Sequence record: DRR378314_1440
Direction: 5' to 3' (one strand)
DNA: 35,840 bases
The notes below the pieces were generated by a model. The model saw only the letters and a list, made by a program, of their open reading frames with translations, was not told the DNA's origin and ran no database searches. The translations under genes and the position numbers were made by a program. The number at the start of each line of letters is the position of its first letter. Within the stretch, counting starts at the first letter, position 1. Positions 1 to 9,133 of this stretch are shown here, in pieces.

Positions 1-1506
1 GCCGTCGATGCTGTCATTGCCGGCGCCACCATAAACCACGTCACGCAGATCGCTGGCGCTGTTTCCGCCGTTGATGGTATCATTGCCGTCACCGCCGCTG
101 ATCGTATCGGCACCATCTCCGGCGCTGATATGATTGTCGGCCGCATTGCCGGTGATGGTGTCATTGCCACTGCCCGCGATCAGGTTCTCGACCACGGTGC
201 CGCGGGCGATCCCCACATTGCCGATCAGGCCGGCCACATCAGAGAAGCTCTCGTCGTTGAGGTCGATCCGGTCGGCGGTGGTGTTGTTGCTGAGGTCAAG
301 CGTGTCGGTGCCGCTCACATCATAGATTGTGAACGACATGCTGTTGGCGGGGTCGCGATCCGGAGAGCTGCGCCCCTCGAGGACCCCGAAGATATCATAA
401 AGATAGCTGTCGGTGAGCGTGGTATTGGCGCCCCAGGTGGTGTCACCCGCCGTTTCACTGCTTTCACCCGCGGCCCCATAGAGGTTCTGGATCGCCACGA
501 TGTCAGCCATCTGGGTGGTGACCACATAGCCAAAGGAGGCGGCGGTCGTGCTGTTATCCTCCTGATCGAAGTAGGACATGATCGACAGCTGCCAGCTGTC
601 ATTGCTGAAGGTTTCATGGGTGCCATAAACAGCGTTGCCGTTGTAGGCGCCCTGATGGCCGAGCCCCAGCGCGTGACCAAGCTCATGCACATAAGTCTGG
701 AACGAGTAACTGTTGATATCCGTGCCGTTGGTGCTCAGCCAGTTGGTGGACACATTCACCTCGGAGGAGATGATGGTGCCGCCGGCGAGGGCGGAGGTGG
801 CATAGGCACCACTGTCATTGTCATCAAAGGTGATATCGGAAAAGGACGATGCGGTTTCCACAAAATCCAGGTTGGCCACCCGTTCCCAGGCTTCAAAGGC
901 CCAGCGGGCCAGTTGTTGTCCGGCGGCGGTCAGCCCGGTGATATTGACCGAGATCTGGTTGTCTGCGGAGGTGTCAAAACTGCGCCCGGAGCGCCCTCCA
1001 ACCTCTTCCCAGTAGCCATCGGTCAGGAACGCGGCCATCTCGTCCAAGGTGGCGGGCTCCGGCGGCTGGGTCTCTGCCACGCTCAGGGTATAGGTGCCGG
1101 TATTGGTGTCATAGGCGTCTGCTGCAACGTAATAGGTGCCGCTGGTGGTGGCCGTGTAGATCAGAAGGGATTCAAGGCTCCCCCCGGCGTCGTCATTGGA
1201 GGTGATCTGGGTGCCGCTGCTGCTATAGAGCCGCAGGAGAGGATCTGACAGCGTGCCATTGCCACTGGGGGCGCCGGTGAGATCGATCTGGTAGGTCTCT
1301 CCGGCGGTCAGGGTGATGGCCACCCAATCCTCATCACTGCTGTTGCCGATACTGCCATTGAAAGTGTCGCCCACCGACATGGAATAGGCCGTGGCGGTGG
1401 AGGCGCTGGCATCAAACCCTTCGGTAATCGCGGCGAACTCGCCAGCGCCGTCTTCGCCGTGGCGCAGGGGATCAAATGTCTGGGTGGCATTACACAGGAA
1501 ACACAT
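1..1506 (-). CDS. Serralysin-like M10B zinc metalloprotease with N-terminal PPC-like domain and RTX repeats; 3' end runs off the window (502 codons visible)
   Basis: Not in the ORF track. Manual minus-strand translation from ATG at 1506: MCFLCNATQTFDPLRH..., a PPC-like segment (GDTFNGSIGNSSDEDWVAITLTAGETYQIDL...SGTYYVAADAY), the zinc motif HELGHALGLGH (655-687), the Met-turn SIMSY, and RTX-type GGAGNDSIDG at the window edge, which is in the same frame. Confidence 0.93.
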   Translation of the reverse strand, partial: MCFLCNATQTFDPLRHGEDGAGEFAAITEGFDASASTATAYSMSVGDTFNGSIGNSSDEDWVAITLTAGETYQIDLTGAPSGNGTLSDPLLRLYSSSGTQITSNDDAGGSLESLLIYTATTSGTYYVAADAYDTNTGTYTLSVAETQPPEPATLDEMAAFLTDGYWEEVGGRSGRSFDTSADNQISVNITGLTAAGQQLARWAFEAWERVANLDFVETASSFSDITFDDNDSGAYATSALAGGTIISSEVNVSTNWLSTNGTDINSYSFQTYVHELGHALGLGHQGAYNGNAVYGTHETFSNDSWQLSIMSYFDQEDNSTTAASFGYVVTTQMADIVAIQNLYGAAGESSETAGDTTWGANTTLTDSYLYDIFGVLEGRSSPDRDPANSMSFTIYDVSGTDTLDLSNNTTADRIDLNDESFSDVAGLIGNVGIARGTVVENLIAGSGNDTITGNAADNHISAGDGADTISGGDGNDTINGGNSASDLRDVVYGGAGNDSIDG

Positions 1507-1582
1507 ATCAAAACTCTTGGGTTGGAAACCGTGAAGGTCAGGAAACTGAAGAATGGCGAGCTGTCAATAGAAACCGCACGTC

Positions 1583-2065
1583 TTACGGCGTGCGTGCCCA
1601 GGTTGCGATTAGCTCCGGAGTGGCCTGGATCAGCCCCCGGGCAAAACCGGAATACATGCTGGCGGAGAGGGTCGCATCGACCACGTCCAGCGCCACCTCT
1701 GGCCCTTGCCGGGGCGGGGCACTGTCGGATTGCCATTCCAGATGACCACGCAATTGGTCAGCGCTGACGCCGGTCAACACCAGGCGGATGCTCCCGCTGC
1801 CTGCGGTCTGGGCGCTGGCCGGGATCTGGCTGGGCTGGATGCGGGGGGCAGCACCGCCCAGGGCGTCCTGAAGTGCGGTGGTCAGCGCGGTGCAGAGCGC
1901 TTTCGGGTCAGGCGCTCCTGCGGGGCATTGCAGCAGCAGGGCCGCCCGGTTTTCCGGCTCAGCCCCCATGGCGCGCGCCTGTTGCAAGCTGCCGGTCCAG
2001 GCCGCAAGCCCGCCGCACAGCATGATCACCCCCGGCAGCAGGCCGGTTCCGAGACGTCCATACAT
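1583..2065 (-). CDS. Hypothetical exported protein (~160 aa) upstream of, and co-oriented with, the protease
   Basis: Part of ORF 1583..2158. ATG at 2065 is preceded by GGTGGA. Hydrophobic N-terminus ends in ...QQARA (possible signal peptide), followed by a Cys pair CPAGAPDPKALC. Confidence 0.6.
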   Translation of the reverse strand: MYGRLGTGLLPGVIMLCGGLAAWTGSLQQARAMGAEPENRAALLLQCPAGAPDPKALCTALTTALQDALGGAAPRIQPSQIPASAQTAGSGSIRLVLTGVSADQLRGHLEWQSDSAPPRQGPEVALDVVDATLSASMYSGFARGLIQATPELIATWARTP

Positions 2066-2481
2066 ATTGTCCACCCATCTGTCTGATCCACGCGCATGTC
2101 TGTTCGAGCTGCCGCCGATCCTCTGGTCTCGCCCACCGGCCGCCATGGTAGCCCTCAATGAGGTGTTTTAGTAGCAATCACCCCGGTTGTCTAAAATCGC
2201 AGACAATAAATAGCCCGACGGCGATTTTCAGCCCGGTTCTCGCATGCCGGAGAAGATCCACACGGGGTGCCGGGACAGGCTCTCGGGGTGTTCCAGCCCC
2301 TGCGGTGAGGGTTTTATATTGTTTCACCTCCGCACGTGTTGGGCGATATTTCCCCGCATTGGTTCCCAGATGAGGAAAATGCTATATATCTGCCCCCCTG
2401 CGGCCACATTTGCGCCCCGCTCCCTGCCGGGCTGCAGACGGACAGTCCCTCCCGTGGACTTGAACGGTGGGAGTGGGCCTC

Positions 2482-4710
2482 ATGGCGAGCCTCAATGGAA
2501 CAGACTGGGACTGGATCGACATCACTGCCCTGCCCGGCAGCGCGCCGGTGGTGGAGCTGGCGATCTTTGCCGCCCCCTCTGGCGGCACCACGCTGGTGGC
2601 GGCCTCGGCGGCAGGCGGCGGGCTGGTCTCCTTCGACCTGTTGGGCCAGGGCAGCGCCAGCTTTGCCAGCTATTGCGCCTATGCCCCCTCGCAGAGCGGC
2701 ATGTCCGGCATGGATCTGCATCAAGTGAACCTGGGCGGCAGCACCAGCGTGATGCCGCTGGGTCCCGCCACCGGCGGTGGTCATGGCTATCTGATGCAGG
2801 CGAGGGGCGGGCTGGCCGGGGGGCAGAGCCTTGATCCCGATGGCGCGCTGACCGGCGCATCGGTGGGCCGGATCACCGCCAGCCTGACGGTACAGGAGAG
2901 CGATGGCGTGCAGCTGATCACCGCCGGCACCGGCGGTCTGAGCAGTTGGCAGATAGAGACCGACACCCTGACGCAGCAGGACCAGGTGACCCTGCCCGCC
3001 GCCGCCGATCAGGTCAGCGCGCTGGCCCTTGCGCATGGGGATATCGTGCTTTCGGCCCAGGCCGACAATGACAGCCTGCAAAGCTACCATTTGCAGGCGG
3101 ATGGCAGCCTTGTTCTTCGCGACAGCTACGGCGCCGCCGACGGTATCGGCATCGATGCGCCCACCGCGCTGGTCACCGCCAGCCAGGGGGCCGACAGCTA
3201 CGCCATTCTCGCCGCCGCCGGCAGCGACAGCCTGAGCGTGGTGCGGGTGGGGCGCGACGGCAGCCTGACCCCGGTGGATCATATTCTCGACAGCGCCAGC
3301 AGCCATTTTCAGAATGTCGGCGAGGTCGTGGTGACCCAGAGCGGCGACTGGACGCTGGTGGTGGCGGCCGGCAGCGATGGCGGCTGCTCGGTCTTTGCGC
3401 TGCTGCCCGGCGGGCTGCTGTCACCTTTGGCGCATCTGCCCTGGAGCCAGGACGACAGCCTGACGATCCGCCCGGTCTCCGGTCTTGCGGTGCAGGTCTT
3501 GGACAATGGCCTGCATGTCTACGCCAGCCCCGAAGGCGGCCAGGGCCTGTATCATCTGACGCTGGATCTCTCCGGCCTCGGCGTGGTGCGCAGCGCCAGC
3601 GCCGCCGGGGCCACCCTCAGCGGCAGCGCCCGCGACGATGTGCTGACCGCCGGCAACAGCGACCAGCTTCTGGTGGGCGGCGCCGGCGCGGATACCTTTG
3701 TCTTTGCCGCCGCTGTGGCTGATGACAGCGGTGCTCTTGGCGCGGTGCAGGATTTCACCCCCGGCGCGGACCGGCTGGATCTGTCGGGCCTGCCACTGCT
3801 GCGGTCCGGTGACCAGCTGACGCTGGTGCAAAGCGGCAGTGACGTGGTGTTGCACTACGAAGACTACAGCCTGACCCTGCGCGGCGTGCGGCTGCAGGAT
3901 CTCGATCTGGAGCGCGATCTGATGCTGGAGCTGCAGCGCGGCGCAGTCAACAACACACCGGACCCCGGAGACACCACGCTCTACGGCACCGCAGGGGATG
4001 ATGTCCTGGAAGACGACGACGACGATGGAATGCTCCTTGGCGACGACGGCAATGACCGGCTGCTCGGCCAGGGCGGGCACGACCGATTGGAGGGCGGCCG
4101 TGGTGCTGACACCCTCAATGGGGGCGATGGCGATGACACCATTCTCGGGGGCGATGATGCGCTGGACCTGCGCGACCTGATCTACGCCGGCGCCGGAAAC
4201 GATGTCGTCGACGGCGGCCATGGCAACGATCTGATCTACGGCCAGGCGGGCGATGACACCCTCGACGGCGGCTGGGGCGCCGACGAGGTGATCGGCCAGG
4301 GCGGGGACGATGTGCTGAATGGGGGCGTTTATTCGGACCTGGTCTACGGCGGCACCGGGCGGGATTTTGTCAACGGCGGCTTTGGTCATGATCGCATCAA
4401 TGGCGGCGCCGGAGCGGATCTGTTCTACCACCTCGGGATTGCCGACCATGGCTCTGACTGGATCCAGGACTACAGCGCGACCGAGGGAGATGTCTTGTTG
4501 TTCGGACAGAGCAATGCCCGACCGGAGCAGTTCCAGATCAACTATGCCCATACGGCGGATGCAGCGGGCGAACGCTCCGGTGCCGATGATGTTGCCGAGG
4601 CTTTTGTGATTTACCGACCCACCGGCCAGATCATCTGGGCGCTGGTCGATGGCTCCGGTCAGGACGAGATCACTCTACGCCTCGCTGGTATCGACTATGA
4701 CTTGCTCTGA
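2482..4710 (+). CDS. RTX/hemolysin-type calcium-binding protein with N-terminal beta-propeller-like region (type I secretion substrate)
   Basis: ATG at 2482 after GGGAG. Repeated propeller-blade-like segments (DSLQSYHLQADGSL, DSLSVVRVGRDGSL). Many GGxGxDxL nonapeptides between ~3980 and 4420. No Sec signal peptide seen. Confidence 0.88.
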   Translation: MASLNGTDWDWIDITALPGSAPVVELAIFAAPSGGTTLVAASAAGGGLVSFDLLGQGSASFASYCAYAPSQSGMSGMDLHQVNLGGSTSVMPLGPATGGGHGYLMQARGGLAGGQSLDPDGALTGASVGRITASLTVQESDGVQLITAGTGGLSSWQIETDTLTQQDQVTLPAAADQVSALALAHGDIVLSAQADNDSLQSYHLQADGSLVLRDSYGAADGIGIDAPTALVTASQGADSYAILAAAGSDSLSVVRVGRDGSLTPVDHILDSASSHFQNVGEVVVTQSGDWTLVVAAGSDGGCSVFALLPGGLLSPLAHLPWSQDDSLTIRPVSGLAVQVLDNGLHVYASPEGGQGLYHLTLDLSGLGVVRSASAAGATLSGSARDDVLTAGNSDQLLVGGAGADTFVFAAAVADDSGALGAVQDFTPGADRLDLSGLPLLRSGDQLTLVQSGSDVVLHYEDYSLTLRGVRLQDLDLERDLMLELQRGAVNNTPDPGDTTLYGTAGDDVLEDDDDDGMLLGDDGNDRLLGQGGHDRLEGGRGADTLNGGDGDDTILGGDDALDLRDLIYAGAGNDVVDGGHGNDLIYGQAGDDTLDGGWGADEVIGQGGDDVLNGGVYSDLVYGGTGRDFVNGGFGHDRINGGAGADLFYHLGIADHGSDWIQDYSATEGDVLLFGQSNARPEQFQINYAHTADAAGERSGADDVAEAFVIYRPTGQIIWALVDGSGQDEITLRLAGIDYDLL

Positions 4711-5774
4711 GCCACCGGCCGGCTTTCCGGGTCAGCAGCGGGGGATGCGCCTGCGACGGCTGCCAGCGGCAAGTCCAGCTTTCGGTGAAGGTCACGGATC
4801 AGCGCCGGGCTGTCGCTCATCAGAAGATGCGCGCTGTCCACGAAGGCTGCTTCGCGGAAATCTTCCCGTTTGAACAGGAACCCCTCTGGCGTCGGGTTCT
4901 CCAGACTGTCTCGATAGCGGGCCAGCATCTCCTGTTCCAGCTGATGCAGAACAAGGGGCGCACAGGGGCGACATCGACGCAGATAAGGGGTCAGCACGCG
5001 TTCCAGCGTGACGATTTCCTCTTCCAGACCAAATGCCCGCTGCCACAAGCGCTGGCGCACGCTGGCATCGCCCCAGTCAGCGCCGAAGGTGAGCCGGTTC
5101 AGCTGCCGCAGGATTTCCGCATCCACCGGCTCCATGCTGTGGTTTTGGCCGTCATCCTCTCGCGGTGACACCGTCACATCCCCCAGGACCGCGCGGCAGA
5201 AATGGGTGACAATGTCGCCCGTTTCCATGATCGCATTGTCAAAGGAAAACAGGCGGATGGACGCCATACCAAAACCCGCGACCCAGCGGTCCAGAACCTG
5301 CGCATAGTTGAGGTAGACACTGGCCCGGGGGGCCGCGGTTTGCAGATTTGCATAGACCGGATAGCTGCAACTGGCCCCGTGTTTCACCAATTCCTGCCAA
5401 ACCGAGGGCAGCAGCCGGTCCCAGCGGCGCGCATAATAGACCACCTCGACAGCAGCGCCGGGCAGCTGGGCCGCCAGATGCGCAACCTGCTCCGCCGACA
5501 GGTGCGAAAAATCCTCCGACGACAGCACCACGCTATGTCCTGCGGGCAGATCCCCGATCCACTCCAGCAGCGGCGCTGGCAGCGGCGCCCCGAATTGGGT
5601 CACAGCAGGCAATCCATGATGACCGGCGGCCCGCGGCATGCGATCATGCCGCCCCAGAGTGGGATAGGCCATGCCCTGGGTCATCAGCTCATCCTGAGCG
5701 GCAAAAAGCGTCTCCTGCAGGCTGCTGGTGCCCGTTTTAGGGGGGCCGATGTGAAGAATGATGCGGCGGCTCAT
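4695..5774 (-). CDS. Sulfotransferase-fold (P-loop) protein, putative polysaccharide sulfotransferase
   Basis: N-terminal ILHIGPPKTGTSSLQ (5'-PAPS-binding loop type), VVLSSEDF, and VVYYARRWDRLLPSVWQE (3'-PB-like). Confidence 0.75.
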   Translation of the reverse strand: MSRRIILHIGPPKTGTSSLQETLFAAQDELMTQGMAYPTLGRHDRMPRAAGHHGLPAVTQFGAPLPAPLLEWIGDLPAGHSVVLSSEDFSHLSAEQVAHLAAQLPGAAVEVVYYARRWDRLLPSVWQELVKHGASCSYPVYANLQTAAPRASVYLNYAQVLDRWVAGFGMASIRLFSFDNAIMETGDIVTHFCRAVLGDVTVSPREDDGQNHSMEPVDAEILRQLNRLTFGADWGDASVRQRLWQRAFGLEEEIVTLERVLTPYLRRCRPCAPLVLHQLEQEMLARYRDSLENPTPEGFLFKREDFREAAFVDSAHLLMSDSPALIRDLHRKLDLPLAAVAGASPAADPESRPVAQSKS

Positions 5775-5968
5775 GGCAAATGTCCTGCGCGAAAAAGACA
5801 AAATGAAATGGGCGCGACCCGTGTCACGCCATGCATTGTGATCATAGACTGCCCGAATACACCACCACCCTCCTTAAAATGGAAGAGACGCGGCCACAAC
5901 ATTTGACCATTTGTCCGTCTGCCTGCTACCTGCTCTGCAGATAGTACGACCGCAACAGGCTTCTGCAC

Positions 5969-8188
5969 TTGTCCCGATTCAGATCTCTCTATCGCCTCCT
6001 GATGCTGCATCCCCAGAGGTTGCTCTATCTGTGGCTCATCCGGCGTAGCGGTCTGTTTGATCGGCAATTCTACCTGTCATCCAACCCGCAAATTCACTGG
6101 CTTTTCCGTCGTTTTCCCGAACGGCACTATATCCTGATGGGCGAGGATGCAGGCCTCTATCCCAATCCGGATTTCTCCCCCTTTGCCTATCTGCGACACA
6201 ATCACGACGTGGCAGGCAATGGCCAGAAGCCCTTTGAACACTTCCTGCGCTCCGGACGACACGAGCATCGCCTGACGCGGGATATATCGGATCATGTGGC
6301 CGACGGTCGCTCTGCCGTCACACCGCTGCGCGGGCCCGGCCTCAACCGTCACCCGCAAGCGGTGGTGATCCATATCTATTACCCCGACCTCTGGGAGGAG
6401 TTCCGTGATCGGCTACGCCGTGATCGCTTTGCCTTCGATCTCTATATCACCGTAACCGAGCAGGGCCCCGACACCGACGATATTCGCGCCCGCATCGCAA
6501 CCGACTGGCCTGAGGCGCGGGTGCTGATTCTGCCCAACCGGGGCCGTGACATCTACCCGTTTTTGCATCTGCTCAACGCCGGCTGGCTCGATCACTACAA
6601 GGCAGTCTGCAAGCTGCACACCAAGAAATCCCCGCACCGCCAGGACGGAGACGCCTGGCGCACACATCTGACCGAGGGCATCCTGCCCGAGGGCGAGACG
6701 GCAGAGTTGCTGCAGCGCTTCCTCGCTGAAGAAGATTGCGGCCTCTGGGTCGCTGACGGGCAACATTACAACGGCAGTAAATGGTGGGGCAGCAACCTGG
6801 AACGCTGCCAGCGCCTGTTGGCAAAAATCGAACTGCAGGCACAGGCCGATCAGCTCGATTTCCCCGCCGGGTCGATCTACTGGGTGAAACCGCCCCTCCT
6901 GGACATGCTGCGCGGCCTGGCGCTTGGGTTTGACGATTTTGATGTGGAGCAAGGGCAAACCGACGGCACCCTGGCACATGCACTGGAGCGCGCCCTTGGT
7001 CTGATCTGCGCGGCCGGAGGCCTGACAATCCGCCAGACCTCCGAACTGCGCAGCCCGCACCCCGTGCCCTCTCCCCCTGCGCCGCGCTATGTGTCCGCCT
7101 TCTACCTGCCGCAGTTCCACCCGGTGGCGGAAAACGACGACTGGTGGGGCAAGGGGTTCACCGAATGGACCGCCACCAGCCGTGCCCAGCCACAGTTCAA
7201 TTACCACGCCCAGCCTGCCCTGCCCGCGGATCTCGGCTTTTACGATCTGCGCCTGACGCAAGTGATGGGCGAACAAGCGGCGCTGGCGCGTAATGCCGGG
7301 ATCGATGCCTTCTGCGTCTATCACTACTGGTTCGACGGCACCCGGCTGCTGGAACAGCCGATCGACCGGCTTCTCGGGCGGGTGGATGTGGATTTCCCCT
7401 TTTACCTCTGCTGGGCCAACGAGAGCTGGCGACGCAACTGGGACGGGCTGTCCGGCGAAGTGTTGATGGACCAGAGCTATGCCCCCGGCTTTGCCAGCCA
7501 GCTGGCGCGCAGTCTGATCCCCTATTTCAACGACACCCGCTATCAGCGCCCCGACGGCACCCGGCCGCGTTTTGTGATCTACCGCCCCGAGGATATGCCC
7601 GACCCGGCAGCTGCCGTGGCCGAGATGCGCGCGCTCTGGCGCGACGCAGGCATCGGCGAAGTGGAGCTGGGTGCGGTGCTGTTCCATCTTGGCGGCGAAG
7701 GGCCCGTGGCCGAAGACCTTTTTGATTTCTGGATCGAGATGCCCCCCCACGGGATGGTCACCCAGGATGACGACTATCTCTACGGCGGCGCCCTCGGCAA
7801 TCAGATGCCGATGAGCGTTCCGGCGCAGTTCGGCGGTGTGATCTACGATTATGACCGGGTGCGCAGCCGCAGCCTCGATCCCGCCTATGTCGACAGCCTG
7901 CCGCACAACACCATCGCCGGTGCCATGCCCAGCTGGGATAACACGGCCCGGCGCGGCAGTGCGGCGCATCTGGCCTGGGGCGCCAATCCGCTGCGTTTTG
8001 AACGCTGGCTGCGGGAGCTGCGTGCCCACCGCCTGCCACAGGCCTATCGCGGTGAAATCATGCTCAACGCCTGGAATGAATGGGCCGAGAAAGCGGTTCT
8101 GGAGCCTTCTGCACACTACGGGCACGGCTATCTGAACGCCCTGCGCCGGGCGCTCGGGCGAGACGACAACCGGGATCGCTCCCGGTGA
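5969..8188 (+). CDS. Multidomain glycan protein: N-terminal FDxxxY repeat module + rhamnan synthesis F (RgpF)-like domain + WbsX/GH99-like domain
   Basis: RgpF-type motifs HIYYPDLW, PNRGRDIYPF, KLHTKKS, FPAGSIYW, HALER. WbsX-type motifs AFYLPQFHPVAENDDWWGKGFTEW, LGFYDLR, FCVYHYWF, CWANESW, WDNTARR, NAWNEWAE. TTG start is uncertain. Confidence 0.85.
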   Translation: MSRFRSLYRLLMLHPQRLLYLWLIRRSGLFDRQFYLSSNPQIHWLFRRFPERHYILMGEDAGLYPNPDFSPFAYLRHNHDVAGNGQKPFEHFLRSGRHEHRLTRDISDHVADGRSAVTPLRGPGLNRHPQAVVIHIYYPDLWEEFRDRLRRDRFAFDLYITVTEQGPDTDDIRARIATDWPEARVLILPNRGRDIYPFLHLLNAGWLDHYKAVCKLHTKKSPHRQDGDAWRTHLTEGILPEGETAELLQRFLAEEDCGLWVADGQHYNGSKWWGSNLERCQRLLAKIELQAQADQLDFPAGSIYWVKPPLLDMLRGLALGFDDFDVEQGQTDGTLAHALERALGLICAAGGLTIRQTSELRSPHPVPSPPAPRYVSAFYLPQFHPVAENDDWWGKGFTEWTATSRAQPQFNYHAQPALPADLGFYDLRLTQVMGEQAALARNAGIDAFCVYHYWFDGTRLLEQPIDRLLGRVDVDFPFYLCWANESWRRNWDGLSGEVLMDQSYAPGFASQLARSLIPYFNDTRYQRPDGTRPRFVIYRPEDMPDPAAAVAEMRALWRDAGIGEVELGAVLFHLGGEGPVAEDLFDFWIEMPPHGMVTQDDDYLYGGALGNQMPMSVPAQFGGVIYDYDRVRSRSLDPAYVDSLPHNTIAGAMPSWDNTARRGSAAHLAWGANPLRFERWLRELRAHRLPQAYRGEIMLNAWNEWAEKAVLEPSAHYGHGYLNALRRALGRDDNRDRSR

Positions 8189-9129
8189 CAGACACATCCC
8201 GTATCACGGTGCTGCTGGCGCTTTATGATGGCTGCGCTCATTTGGAAGCGCAGATGCAGAGCTATCTTGATCAGACCCGCGTACCGACCCGGGTGCTGGC
8301 CTCAGACGATCATCCCGGAGATGGCACCGCCGAACATTTCCTGGCTTTCACCAAAACCGAAGCGGCCGCCGCCATCGGTGACTGGGAGCTGATCCCCGGC
8401 CCCGGACGTGGTCCCACCGCCAATTTCCTGCATCTGCTGCGCAGTGTGGATGCCGAAGGCACGGATTTCGTGGCCCTGTCGGACCAGGATGATATCTGGC
8501 TGCCCGACAAACTGGACAGCGCGGTAACCCGGATCGCGTCGCATGGGGAGCGACCGGTGCTGTTGGGCACACGCAGCTGGGAATGGCATCCCTCCAGAGA
8601 CCTCCGGAAGCTGTCGCGCCAGGTGCCAGAGCCTTGGGATTTTTCCCATGCGCTGGTGCAGAATTATGCCGGCGGCAACACCATGGTGATGAACCGTGCC
8701 GCCCTGAAACTGGTCCAGACGGCCCTCGCCCTCGGCGGCCCCTGCCCGGCCGTTCACGACTGGTGGCTTTATCAGCTGATTTCCGGCGCAGGCGGCATCG
8801 TGATCTTGGACCCGACACCGAGGCTGCTCTACCGCCAGCATCCGGGCAATCAGATCGGGGCCAATTCGAGCATTCCGTCAAAGGCCCTGCGGTTCTGGAT
8901 GATGCTGTATGGGACCTATCGGTTCTGGATGTCCCAGAACCTGGCCACGCTGATCGTTCAGCAAGATCTTCTGACCAGTGAATCCCGTGCCCTGTTGCAT
9001 CGCCTCGCACAGGACCGCAACGGCTCCCTCATCACCCGTCTGCGGCTGCTGGCGCAGACCCCATTGCATCGCAAGGGCTGGCCCAACCAGCTGACGCTCT
9101 GGATTGCTGCAGTTCTGCAGAGGATGTGA
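8185..9129 (+). CDS. Glycosyltransferase family 2 (rhamnosyltransferase-like)
   Basis: GTG start overlapping the upstream TGA (GTGA). Motifs ITVLLALYDG, SDQDDIWLPDKL, GNTMVMNR, HDWW, LYRQH. Confidence 0.88.
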   Translation: MTDTSRITVLLALYDGCAHLEAQMQSYLDQTRVPTRVLASDDHPGDGTAEHFLAFTKTEAAAAIGDWELIPGPGRGPTANFLHLLRSVDAEGTDFVALSDQDDIWLPDKLDSAVTRIASHGERPVLLGTRSWEWHPSRDLRKLSRQVPEPWDFSHALVQNYAGGNTMVMNRAALKLVQTALALGGPCPAVHDWWLYQLISGAGGIVILDPTPRLLYRQHPGNQIGANSSIPSKALRFWMMLYGTYRFWMSQNLATLIVQQDLLTSESRALLHRLAQDRNGSLITRLRLLAQTPLHRKGWPNQLTLWIAAVLQRM

Positions 9130-9133
9130 TCCC

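Noticed and set aside
130-1248. 372-aa plus-strand ORF in the track
   Set aside because: Antisense shadow of the real minus-strand metalloprotease, which has clear zinc-binding and RTX motifs.
2193-2228. Inverted repeat AAAATCGC-N20-GCGATTTT in the divergent promoter region
   Set aside because: 8-bp arms with a long spacer and no match to an operator I recognise.
4010-4026. (GAC)n run in the RTX gene
   Set aside because: Encodes an Asp-rich part of the Ca-binding region. Short and in frame, not a contingency repeat.
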